A DNA stretch of 64,000 bases from a virus. The DNA lies in the IMG/VR virus record IMGVR_UViG_3300034166_000560. One strand, 5' to 3'. The position numbers and the translations under genes were made by a program. The notes beneath the pieces were generated by a model. The model was not told where the DNA came from, ran no database searches, and worked only from the letters and a program-made list of their open reading frames with translations. Numbering within the stretch: the stretch's first letter is position 1; each line of letters starts with the position of its first letter. Below, piece by piece: positions 1-9,758 of the stretch.

Positions 1-264
1 GAATATTTCTGTAATCTTATCGATTTCATACTCAAAAAGTATTAACAGCTGTTTGTTAACAATAGTATTCTGAAGTATTATATTTTGTTTCTCAGGAAGT
101 GTGAACAGAAAGATCATATCCAATGATTGGATTTTATTCATCTCATTCCAAGGAGGGCCAGGATCGTAGCAATAACTTTCCCAGCCCTTATTTAATATGT
201 AATTGGTTTTATCGATCAACGATTTAGGGTCAATATGTCCTAAAATATTATAAGCAGAATTCAC
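1..264 (-). CDS. partial ORF running off the window, possibly an Asp/Asn beta-hydroxylase-like protein
   Basis: Open frame from GTG at 264 (MNSAYNILGHIDPKSLIDKT...). The catalytic part is not visible. Confidence 0.4.
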   Translation of the reverse strand, partial: MNSAYNILGHIDPKSLIDKTNYILNKGWESYCYDPGPPWNEMNKIQSLDMIFLFTLPEKQNIILQNTIVNKQLLILFEYEIDKITEIF

Positions 265-267
265 AGA

Positions 268-855
268 TTACTTTCCTATTGTAATCATTCCAACCAACTT
301 CTTCATCAATTGTTCGTCTGGGACATCTGGCTTTCCACCAGAAGCGCTATGAAGGTCGATACCGATAACTTTGGCCAAATCCATAACTTCATCAAAATAC
401 AAGTTTGGTTTACTTTCCTGCCATGCTTTTACGTCAACATTCCAGTAGTAAGTTTTACCATCTTCTGGTTTCGGAATTGGTGGAACAAGAGATAAAGTAT
501 TTTCATCAAAAACCCAATCGCTTAGATCTGGGTTAATACGTTTGTATTTTTTAATTATTTCATCTCTTTCTTCTTTGTTCATTCTATGGATGTGGTGCAC
601 TTCATGCCATGTTTCTTGACCATATTCCTCTGAGAGTTCTGGACTATGTTCGTAATCCAAATATTCATATTTTTCGTATGGGTGTAATTCTGGAACAGGA
701 ACCTTAACGAACTTAACAAATCCTTTTGGTGGATTAGTAGGATCAAACCCTTCGATCAAATCTGCAAGGTTTTGCTCTAGAATTGGATGTGACTCTGGTC
801 TACCATTTTCATCCAGTTTTATGAATAGTGATTGTTCTGACATTTTTAACTCCAA
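268..855 (-). CDS. hypothetical tail-fibre-associated protein
   Basis: PPIPKPEDGKTYYWN motif; lies directly downstream of the Gly-rich gene. Confidence 0.5.
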   Translation of the reverse strand: MELKMSEQSLFIKLDENGRPESHPILEQNLADLIEGFDPTNPPKGFVKFVKVPVPELHPYEKYEYLDYEHSPELSEEYGQETWHEVHHIHRMNKEERDEIIKKYKRINPDLSDWVFDENTLSLVPPIPKPEDGKTYYWNVDVKAWQESKPNLYFDEVMDLAKVIGIDLHSASGGKPDVPDEQLMKKLVGMITIGK

Positions 856-1532
856 ACTGATACGTATACTGCGCCAGTGCCACCTGTGCCGCCATTATGA
901 TAGCCTCCGCCACCACCTCCACCAACGTAGATGCTAGCTGTTGTAGCGTATCCAGGACCATTAACACCCTTTGTCCAAGAAGCAGTTACACGACCACCAC
1001 CGCCACCAGCACTTCCATTACCTCCAGAACAACCGAAAGCAGTTCCACCAGAACCACCTCCGCCTCCACCACCAGTAATTACATCTCCGCCATAACCGCC
1101 ACCAGCACCACCACCAGAGCCACCATAAGCTGTTACATCAATACCACCAACACGATAGTAACTAGAACCTCCGGCACCACCGCCTTCACCACCACGTCCA
1201 TTACAGCAGTATGCAAAGAAACAGAATTGCCCACACCATCCAGTACAAGTGTCGGATCCGGAACCTCCATTTCCTCCACCACCGCCACCTCTGACGTCAG
1301 CACTCATATATTGATATGAAGGTACAACAAGAGAATACGCTCCTGAAGAAGTATACGAATAACTGTTATTAGCTGGTTTTGAGTAACCGTCTGTTATTGC
1401 TATTTGTCCAGAAGTCTTTTCCAACAAATATCTGATATCAGAATCATTTAGCCCAGACGCTGCTCCAGCATTGGCATATACAATAGCCGCTATTTGAGAA
1501 AACGATATTTGGCCAGAAGATGGTAATGCCAT
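846..1532 (-). CDS. glycine-rich tail fibre/adhesin-like protein
   Basis: MALPSSGQIS N-terminus, many GGGG loops as in T-even gp38-type adhesins, and a Cys cluster CTGWCGQFCFFAYCC. Confidence 0.6.
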   Translation of the reverse strand: MALPSSGQISFSQIAAIVYANAGAASGLNDSDIRYLLEKTSGQIAITDGYSKPANNSYSYTSSGAYSLVVPSYQYMSADVRGGGGGGNGGSGSDTCTGWCGQFCFFAYCCNGRGGEGGGAGGSSYYRVGGIDVTAYGGSGGGAGGGYGGDVITGGGGGGGSGGTAFGCSGGNGSAGGGGGRVTASWTKGVNGPGYATTASIYVGGGGGGGYHNGGTGGTGAVYVSVWS

Positions 1533-1742
1533 TTAATTATCCTTATTGGTGTTTTCTGTATCAGCACCCCATTTATTTAAAGGACATGTCGAATTCGGTA
1601 AAAAGGTCTTAAACAACATGACACAACCACATTCTTTACATTGTGTGGTTGTGTCATTATATTTGTCACATTCTAGACAGATCAGCAAACGTTTTTTTGC
1701 TATAGCCTTACGATGCTTCACTGTTTCGTCAATAATAGTCAT
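1533..1742 (-). CDS. small Cys-rich (metal-binding) protein
   Basis: CxxC...CxxCGC...CP..KW pattern. Confidence 0.65.
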   Translation of the reverse strand: MTIIDETVKHRKAIAKKRLLICLECDKYNDTTTQCKECGCVMLFKTFLPNSTCPLNKWGADTENTNKDN

Positions 1743-2054
1743 AACCGCCCTATACAGAAGAGTCTTATTTTATAGACTATTTATTCACAGTTCTTACTCT
1801 TAGAGACGGTCTACGCCTTAAACCCTATAATCAACTCGCAATCACTGACACCACTAAAGGTGCAGTAATTGACAACCCCGACACAGCACCAATGGTTCCT
1901 AGAAAGGGATCCATAGGGACCATTTTCTAGATCATGGTAATAGATCATTTCTTAACAGTCCTAAGAAACTCAAGATATTTGGCAAGAGAGATATATCCCT
2001 GGACCATCAAGAGTTCCATAGCAGCGATTTTAGCTTCAATCTTTTCTTTATCAG

Positions 2055-3880
2055 TCATGATTCAAACTCCATATTACGATTCTTCATTTCAGTAACCAGA
2101 GCCCAGTATTCCTTTTCAGTCTCACCACGTTCTTTGGCTTCGGCAGACCAATTACCTTCTGCGGCCATATAATACATATGGAGACGCCAGAGACGATCAT
2201 ATTCAGTTTCAAGTTCTTCGTTAGTTAGAACAGTAAGATCTTTCATCGCTTATCATCCAGTCTATTAAAGATTGCAGTAAGCAGCATAACAATACCCCAG
2301 AGCAAATTAACAACCGCACTGGCCTGATCATGCCTATACCATTCATTATACCATGCCAGACCTAGAAAGGCAGTTGAGAAAAGTTGGAAGAATTGAGCCA
2401 TCATTGTGACATTCCTTTCGCAATACGTGCTTTAATTTCCATACGATCACGGATATCCTTTAGCATCCGCACATGTTCATCCCGAGCAGTATAGTGGTCA
2501 GCAAGAATTTCGAAGGCATGTATGACGTTCATGCTGTCTCGCATATCCTCCATCTTAAAATCATACCTCTTAGGATCGCTATCATAATCTTTTTTGGCAT
2601 CTAGATACGCCCAGTAGGTTGTTTCATAACCTTCAAGAAGCATATCGAGGAAGAGCTTGTCGTATTCTTCCCATTCCATTGAAATCTTAATCTCTGGTTT
2701 CACTTATAGATCTCCTCTAGAACAACATCAAGAAAGCCACGAACTTCTGAGTCGAAGGCACCATAACGAGTCCACTGAGAAAGATAATTGAACATACCAT
2801 CATGGGTATCTTTCTTGGAGTAATCATTATTGACATAGTCATTCAGCTGACTGTTCAGCTTATTAGCAACTTCCTCGATCTCATCACGAGGGAACGAATT
2901 TGTAAGTAAACCCCACTGATCAGCAGAGAAGTTGCAGGTAATATCCTTCTTGATGACAATAGTAAGATTATGCATTGCGCTGCCCCACATTATCCAGCAT
3001 GTCCATTATTGACGGGCGATCTTTATCTCTTAGGAACATAGAACGCTCGATATCATGATCGTGCTTATCACTGAACCTATGGCATTTATCATAGCCAAGA
3101 GCATCATTGATACCATTATAGATACCAGAAGTCACCTTACGCCAATCATGATTGCCACCAATATTACCAACAATCTTACAAAGGATCAGCGCTTCGCTCT
3201 CATCAAGCTCAAGCGTAACGATCTTCTTGGTGACAACCTTTTCTTTAAACTTAACTTCCATATTAGATCTCCTTCTCATGCCAATCGACGAGGATGCTTT
3301 CCTTGCAATGCATGTCTCTTTGCCATTGTATGGCATGGTTAAAATCCCAAAGCACACCGGTGGTCGCCTCAAGAGAACTATCCGTGGTAACTACATAAAC
3401 GTATTTGCGTTCTTCCACTAGTGTCACTTCATAAGTCGTCATCTCCAACTCCTTATACCATAGGTTCCGGTGATTTCCACATCTCAGTGATACCATAGTC
3501 ACCATTATATTTCGATGATAATCTAATACCATTAAGAAGAGCCTTGGCCATATCTTCATCATAGGTGGCTGCTACGATATAGCCATGAGTCTTATTATAG
3601 ACTAGCCATGTAAACTCACCACACAATGCTCGTGTAGTATAAGGTTCTATGTTTTTACACTTAATCGGTTGTGGTGCCATCACTCTTCTACCTTCATGAC
3701 CTCTAGAGTAATATTGGCATGCTCAGCAAAATACTCTGCCCAATATAGTCCACTAAAGATAGCCAAAATCTTGCCATGAAACAATACAGCATACTTGGGC
3801 TCTGGATCAACGGCGTCTTTCTCCCAAGTGTATGTCTTGGCTTTCTCTTTCAGTGGTGTTAATTTAAACTCAGTCTGCAT
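2055..3880 (-). CDS. run of about 7 small hypothetical early proteins (2055-2246, 2401-2703, 2700-2975, 2968-3261, 3263-3442, 3453-3680, 3680-3880; starts approximate)
   Basis: Abutting or overlapping ORFs with GGAG-type RBS. Confidence 0.6.
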
Positions 3881-4303
3881 AGTGAACTTCTCCAGTGTGA
3901 AAATATTTTTGCGGATTTTTTTAGATCTAAGTACCTTAACCTTTTTGGTCGTTGGTGGTGGGCGGAATATTTGTTTAAGTCCGGGTCCCCCGACAGCCAA
4001 GCACTAGCTCCTGCAAGGGGGGGGGGGAGGCTTGACTTTTCCTCTATCTTGGCGTATTACTTAAAATTGGCACGACGATATCGCACCAAGTCCACATACA
4101 ACTCGATCCAAACTCCATAAGCCACACCAAGCACGAACAGAGCAATAAACTCCATGATCCTTCTCCTCTAACAGTCCGTTTCAAAACCCTCATAGCCATC
4201 ATACCACCAAAACTTGGCGATGTCAAGCAAACTCTTCTCCGTAGCCACACCCAGAGCTTGACCATGCATTAATGCCTTCCAGAGCAGATAGTGTGACAAA
4301 TGA

Positions 4304-4781
4304 TCAGCCACGACGATACATCTCCCTACACCACAGTTCTAGGTCACGCACCTCTTGGTCATAGGTCGCCTGGTCAATGATGCCATTGAGCAGCTGGTAG
4401 TCGAATCGATCCATTTCTTGGTCGGCGATACGTTCAATGGTTTCTTCGGTCATTAGCGCTTCTCCAATACCACAGTGTACTTCCCGTCGGACCATTGCTT
4501 GGTCTTGACAATAGAATATCCAGCATGAACCCACTCACGGGTCAGACGTCGCACATAGTGTAGGTCACCAGATATGATCTTCTGCGGTTTGTTAGACATT
4601 AGATCTCCTCCCCGCAGCCACCGAATTCGTATATACAGTTAAGTTCTACCTTGCGTATGTGAACGTTACCGTCATCACCACCAGCAAGCTGAAACTCTCG
4701 GGCCTTCACATAATCAGAGAACACACCCAAGAGCTGCTCGCCCTCATATTCCATCGACCAGATAACAGCGAATACTTCCAT
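4304..4781 (-). CDS. small hypothetical early proteins (about 4304-4453 and 4599-4781)
   Basis: ORFs downstream of the promoter at 4806-4833, with RBS. Confidence 0.55.
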
Positions 4782-4805
4782 GACTTATCTCCTTATCGTA
4801 TTCTC

Positions 4806-4833
4806 AGTATACCACATTCGGAGGATATGTCAA
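4806..4833 (-). promoter_or_regulatory. sigma70-type early promoter
   Basis: TTGACA-N16-TATACT on the minus strand. Confidence 0.75.
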
Positions 4834-4852
4834 CACTTATTTTCAAAAAATA

Positions 4853-5003
4853 TGCCGTTTACTATCAGAACCTGGAGGTGCGCACACACAACGATCCGTA
4901 ATAGTAAACGGCAGCAATATTGACTTTTTGTCGCAATTAGAATAGAATGGGTGGATATAGGTACGTAGTCTTAAGACCCACCCTCTGGTGCTATATCCAC
5001 CCA
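4853..5003. repeat. two tandem perfect 13-bp inverted repeats
   Basis: TGCCGTTTACTAT 4853-4865 / ATAGTAAACGGCA 4901-4913; TGGGTGGATATAG 4948-4960 / CTATATCCACCCA 4991-5003. Confidence 0.9.
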
Positions 5004-5040
5004 ACCAAGCCACAGGATCAAGAGCCTGCACTCAGTTCGA

Positions 5041-5571
5041 TTAGACCAATGCCTTCACATCGGCCATATTCAGGAACTTCGGAGCCTTGAAGCTATCGAG
5101 TTCTGCCTCGAGATTGGCAACTTCAGCACGAGCTTCCTCGGCCGTATGGATACAACCACGAGCACCATCGGCAGCTTGGCCCTTGGCATACTTACGACCG
5201 ACAGCCTTCAGGCGAGCAAGGTTCTTGTTACGAATGTCTGCGATTTCCTCGGCAGTCTTATCCGTAATGGGCTTGCGATCCTTAATACCAGACATATCCA
5301 GCTTCGGCTTAATCAGCTTGGGCTTCGCAGCCTTCGGAGCAGCCTTCGCCTTGGGAGCACGAACACTCTTCGTGGCACCAACGCCATTCGCAAGACCGTT
5401 CTTGATAGCCAGATTGTAATAAGCCTTCGCACGCTTCAGATCACAAACCTTACCAGGAATACCAGACACAGCATCGGCAGCAACAATCTTCACCAAGACT
5501 TCGTCCATCGGGAGCGAAGCATTAGCATCCATCACACTATGGACCAGACCAGCACGAGTCAACTTCGTCAT
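5041..5571 (-). CDS. Lys/Ala-rich hypothetical early protein, possibly DNA-binding
   Basis: RAPKAKAAPKAAKPK linker; own promoter TTGACA-N16-TAGAAT at 5616-5643. Confidence 0.65.
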   Translation of the reverse strand: MTKLTRAGLVHSVMDANASLPMDEVLVKIVAADAVSGIPGKVCDLKRAKAYYNLAIKNGLANGVGATKSVRAPKAKAAPKAAKPKLIKPKLDMSGIKDRKPITDKTAEEIADIRNKNLARLKAVGRKYAKGQAADGARGCIHTAEEARAEVANLEAELDSFKAPKFLNMADVKALV

Positions 5572-6160
5572 TTCACTTCTCCATCATATAAGAGGTCTCA
5601 TCCGACCGTATTACCATTCTACCGTATTTCGAGGATTTGTCAACACCTATCCTCAACTTTTTTGTTTATCGTGCCAGATCAAGCAGTTACTAACGAACCA
5701 TGTCTAGCCCACACTGCATCAACGTAGTCTGTGTGATTGTCCCTAAACCACAGCAAATAACGCTTGACTGCAACAAGAGATATATTAGTATAGGTGATAG
5801 TGCCATTGTCGAATTGCACTGTGAGATCATATGTTTCGATTCTCATTGGATCACATCCAGGATTTGAGTAAGAACAACGAACACAGAGAGACCAACAATC
5901 ACCAGCATCATACCAATGACATTCTGCATTTCAGTATTAGACATGTTTATCATCCTCACAGTAATGATTATACCAGTATTCTCGAAATAGTCAACACTTA
6001 TTTTGTCTCAACTACCATTTCTGTTACTTCTACGTATTCGCCCTCTTCATACATGCACTCGGCATAATTATAAGCCAGAGTTTCATTGGCGAACACTCGC
6101 ATTTTACCTTCATTGGAGACACAGACGAATACGATCATTTTCAAAACTCCTTATATTCTC

Positions 6161-6188
6161 AGTATACCGTATTCTGGATATATGACAA
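6161..6188 (-). promoter_or_regulatory. early promoter with upstream A/T tract
   Basis: TTGTCA-N16-TATACT; related copies at 5967-5994 and 6270-6298. Confidence 0.7.
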
Positions 6189-6407
6189 GCGGAAACTGGA
6201 CCATTACTCCACTTTTTTTGAAAATAATTTTGGGCTGGTGGTGGCCTCCACCCTCCCGCCTTCCCTATTACTATACCTGATCCCAGCCAAAATGTCAAGC
6301 GACGACTCGACCATACGAGCAAAAATAAAACTGCGCCCTACAGCACAGTCTTAGCTTGCTTTATTATTGGATTGTAGTAATATTATAATAGAAATAAGGA
6401 GAGCAAA

Positions 6408-6584
6408 ATGTTAAAACTCCACCGTTTAAATAAAGCCGAAAATATTAATGATGAATATAATAATATTAATAACGTGGTGGCTTATATAGTTAGTGAGGGT
6501 TTTATGGGCCATGATACGGTCGTCGGTTACGTTTATTTAAATGAAAATAATAAACTCCGACGGGAATATTGCGGCTGGCTTTAA
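6408..6584 (+). CDS. 58-aa hypothetical protein (not in the ORF track)
   Basis: AAGGAG RBS, MLKLHRLNKAEN...CGWL*, promoter TTGCTT-N16-TAATAT at 6356-6383. Confidence 0.6.
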   Translation: MLKLHRLNKAENINDEYNNINNVVAYIVSEGFMGHDTVVGYVYLNENNKLRREYCGWL

Positions 6585-6731
6585 TATAATAAAATAGTAA
6601 TTCACCGGAGCTAATAGTTTAATTACTATGGCTCTTGGTGATTACTGGGGCTTTATAATAATTAATAAACACACCGACCAAACAACGATTACATTTCTAA
6701 AACGGGATTTAAATTCCCCCTAAATATTCCC

Positions 6732-7504
6732 CTAATTACTCCCCTCCTCTCGTTTTAATTCCTCTACGATTTCATTCGCCAAATCTATTTGTTCAAAGTA
6801 ATCTAATATCTTATTCTCCCATTCCATAATATCAGCGTAATCAGCCCCGAATATAGCGGCAAACGATAGAGTAACTTCCTCTTCTAATAGTTTATTCCCA
6901 TTAGTAGTATCAATTACGGTTAATAGGCCAGCGTATTCGTGTACCCTAGTAACCTTACAGGCGTAACGATTATCTAATTCCGCTTCCCATATTGGTTTCA
7001 TTTAAACCATTCCTTTCTCAATTCCCCTAGTATATCAATAAACCATTTTGGCCCGAATACTAATACGCCTATTGCTAGTAATATAGAGCCGAATGATAGA
7101 ATTAGACGGGAGGCGATATTTAATAGTAGTTTCATTTAGGCTTATCCTTATTCATTTCTATATTATGGAGGTCAATAATCAATTGGAGCAATTGTAATTG
7201 AGTTCTATCATATCCTATTCCGGCATATGTTTTACTCTTTTCTTTTGCTTCAACTAATCTAGTATAATGACGCTTTTCGTTATTAATCCATTCTATTTGT
7301 TTGGGCGTTAATATCATTTTAATCCCCCTCAATCTTAATATTCTTCCAATCCGGGAGTAATTCGAATAATACCCGTTTCGCCTCTTTAATTGATTTACTC
7401 TCTACTATTTCCTCTACCCTTACCGGATAATAATCATTATCATATAAAGCGGCAATTAAACGGTAATATTCGCCGTATTTCTCTATAGTAACTCGCTTTT
7501 CCAT
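6732..7504 (-). CDS. small hypothetical proteins (6732-7001, 7132-7317, 7319-7504)
   Basis: ORFs with RBS, behind promoter TTGTCA-N16-TAGAAT at 7528-7555. Confidence 0.6.
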
Positions 7505-7676
7505 TTCGTTTCTCCTCTTATATTATCATTCTACCCTATTCCGGGAAAATGACAAGCGGCGACTGGAGTGTAGGAGACAAGTTGACTATCAAAATTATTT
7601 TAAAAAAAATGGAGTTATGGCTCAGTTAGCGCTTGCGTTTTTCGAGGATTGAGGTAATATAAGAATATAAGCTGAA

Positions 7677-8734
7677 ATGAAGGAAACTGAAATGACCTAT
7701 TCCTACCCGACTAAAACTGAGCTGTTCTCCGTTATGGCTCAGACTACGTTTAAGCCTTTTGATAAAATGGACTGGGACGCCTTTGCGGGCTGCGAAACTA
7801 AAAATCCGCTTATCGGTTACTACGGCGATTTTACTATTGTAATTGACGGCGGTTTAATTAATATAGTCCATTCCGAGGATATGTATGGCGGTCAATTGTT
7901 TGAATTAAACAAATTGGCCTAATTCTAATATAATAGGAGAATTACTATGGATAATATCAATAGAGAATGGGTTATTCGCACAAACGAATTAGCCGATTTA
8001 TATGATAATAAACAGGTTAATTTAGACGAATTCTCCGACGACCAGTTAGTATATCTGGCCTATTGGAATTGGGGTTATTCCGGTGCAGCTAAAGCCAAAG
8101 AGGCGCTAGAATGCGAGGCGGAATTAATTCGTCGTGGCAATCCTTATAATCAGGAATACGCCGATAAATTACTCGATTTATGCGAGGATTATCAATGAAA
8201 TATAATCTATCTGAATGGGAATTACAGGATATTGTTGACTTACTAGAGCATTCAGGCTATAGTAGCGATGATATTACATTCGCTGATTATAAACATATGA
8301 ATAGATACGGCCAAGCTGTGTTTACTATCGGCTACGACGATATTGACGGCGAGCCTGGAACTGGTCGAGTCTACGTTTCGATAAAAGATGGGCGCTTTGT
8401 AGCTGAGTTCTAGGTCATTCAGTAGGTCAACTCATAGGTCAGGAGATAGGTCATGAAGTTCCGTGTCACCAATAACTACCGTGATTCTAATATGACTGGC
8501 TTCCTTGGCGAAGTCAATACTACCTACGCTCGCCTTGTTGAAGTGTTTGGTCAGCCACTAAGCGGCTCTGGCGACGGGAAGGTAAACTCCGAATGGATTA
8601 TTAGGTTTGCCGACGGCAATGTAGCCACTATTTACGATTGGAAATTGCCGGAGACGCCTACCGAGGATTATTCCTGGCATATTGGCGGTCATAAGCGCTT
8701 CGTAGTGGCTCGGGTGGCGGCGTTGGTCGCCTAG
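7677..8734 (+). CDS. operon of four small hypothetical proteins (7677-7922, 7947-8198, 8195-8413, 8453-8734)
   Basis: Promoter TTGCGT-N16-TAATAT at 7633-7660; AGGA(G) RBS before three of the four, the third translationally coupled. Confidence 0.7.
8411..8453 (+). repeat. TAGGTCA x4 at an exact 12-bp period
   Basis: Starts at 8411, 8423, 8435, 8447. Confidence 0.95.
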
Positions 8735-8825
8735 TAGGTCAACGTGTAGGTCACAGCGTAGGTCATTCAGTTGGTCAACGGGTTGGTCAGGGTGTAGGTC
8801 AGCCCATTGGTCGTTGTCTAGGTCA
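8723..8825 (+). repeat. T(A/T)GGTC(A/G) x9 at an exact 12-bp period
   Basis: Starts at 8723, 8735, 8747, 8759, 8771, 8783, 8795, 8807, 8819; variable 5-bp spacers. Confidence 0.95.
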
Positions 8826-8907
8826 GCTGTTAAGCGTCTTAATTAATGCATCAACAATAGTAATTACAAATAGCCAATATACTAGGCCAATCATCATTCC
8901 TAATAAT

Positions 8908-9135
8908 CTAGGCATCATCATCTCCAATATATTTCTTCCACTCTTCACTAGTAATTCCAGTCTTAATAAACTCTCGCTGTCCCGCTGATAGGTCAGGGAA
9001 TGCATCTTCAATATAAAGTTTACCGTGAGTCCAGGCCAGATAGCGGCGCTCAAACTCGTCCTGTTCGTATTGGTCAATCAGTAGGGTATGCCACTGGTCA
9101 GATATTGGTGATTGCTTGGTTATTCTAGCGGGCAT
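8908..9135 (-). CDS. hypothetical phage protein
   Basis: IEDAFPDLSAGQREFIKTGIT motif. Confidence 0.65.
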   Translation of the reverse strand: MPARITKQSPISDQWHTLLIDQYEQDEFERRYLAWTHGKLYIEDAFPDLSAGQREFIKTGITSEEWKKYIGDDDA

Positions 9136-9719
9136 GGTAATAAATTCTCGCCTTGTTTCATAAACTGAAATACAATAGAATATCTGGGCGTTGTAGCAAT
9201 AGAGGAAATAGGAACTGGCTTATGCATTAGGCCAGAATCAAATATTACTATTCTTCCTGGCTTCGCTGCCACTGCAATCTCGCACTCGCCATTCTTATTA
9301 CAGAATAGAGTCTCGCCTTGCCAATCCTTATCCCAATTACTATTGGCGTAATAGAGCATTGTCTGGTCGCCTGTATCCCTCGGAGCTCCAGCGTCGACAT
9401 GCCAGAAATACTTCGAGCCTTCCAGAATAGCATTACACCAGCATCGAGTTAATACTCTGGCTGTCAGAGTCTCGTCTAATAGATGCATAATATTCTGTCC
9501 CTCGAAGAAAGACAGATTGACGATATCCTCTTTACTAAAAGACGAAGAGGGATATATGTATGCACTATGCTCTTGAAGAGTCGTAGAGGATGAACGGAAT
9601 TGGAAATACGATTGGGTGAGGAATTTGTGTATGAAATAGACTTTCTGAGGATCGAATACGTCGTCGAATATACGTATTTTATCTCCTGTAGTCGTAATCA
9701 AAAAACTATATTTCATCAT
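9120..9719 (-). CDS. Fe(II)/2OG oxygenase family protein
   Basis: HVD...LYY.N..W..DW.GET...PGR.VIFD...H...R motifs. Confidence 0.85.
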   Translation of the reverse strand: MMKYSFLITTTGDKIRIFDDVFDPQKVYFIHKFLTQSYFQFRSSSTTLQEHSAYIYPSSSFSKEDIVNLSFFEGQNIMHLLDETLTARVLTRCWCNAILEGSKYFWHVDAGAPRDTGDQTMLYYANSNWDKDWQGETLFCNKNGECEIAVAAKPGRIVIFDSGLMHKPVPISSIATTPRYSIVFQFMKQGENLLPCPLE

Positions 9720-9758
9720 ATCATCCTATAGGAAAAGAGGGGAATGAATCCCCTCTAA

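Noticed and set aside
897-1319. Thr/Ser-rich plus-strand ORF
   Set aside because: Antisense shadow of the Gly-rich gene's GGT codons
5087-5727. plus-strand ORFs of 110 and 193 aa
   Set aside because: Antisense to 5041-5571, which has the RBS and promoter
8411-8825. repeat arrays as a CRISPR array
   Set aside because: 7-bp repeats with 5-bp spacers are far too short, and no cas genes are present
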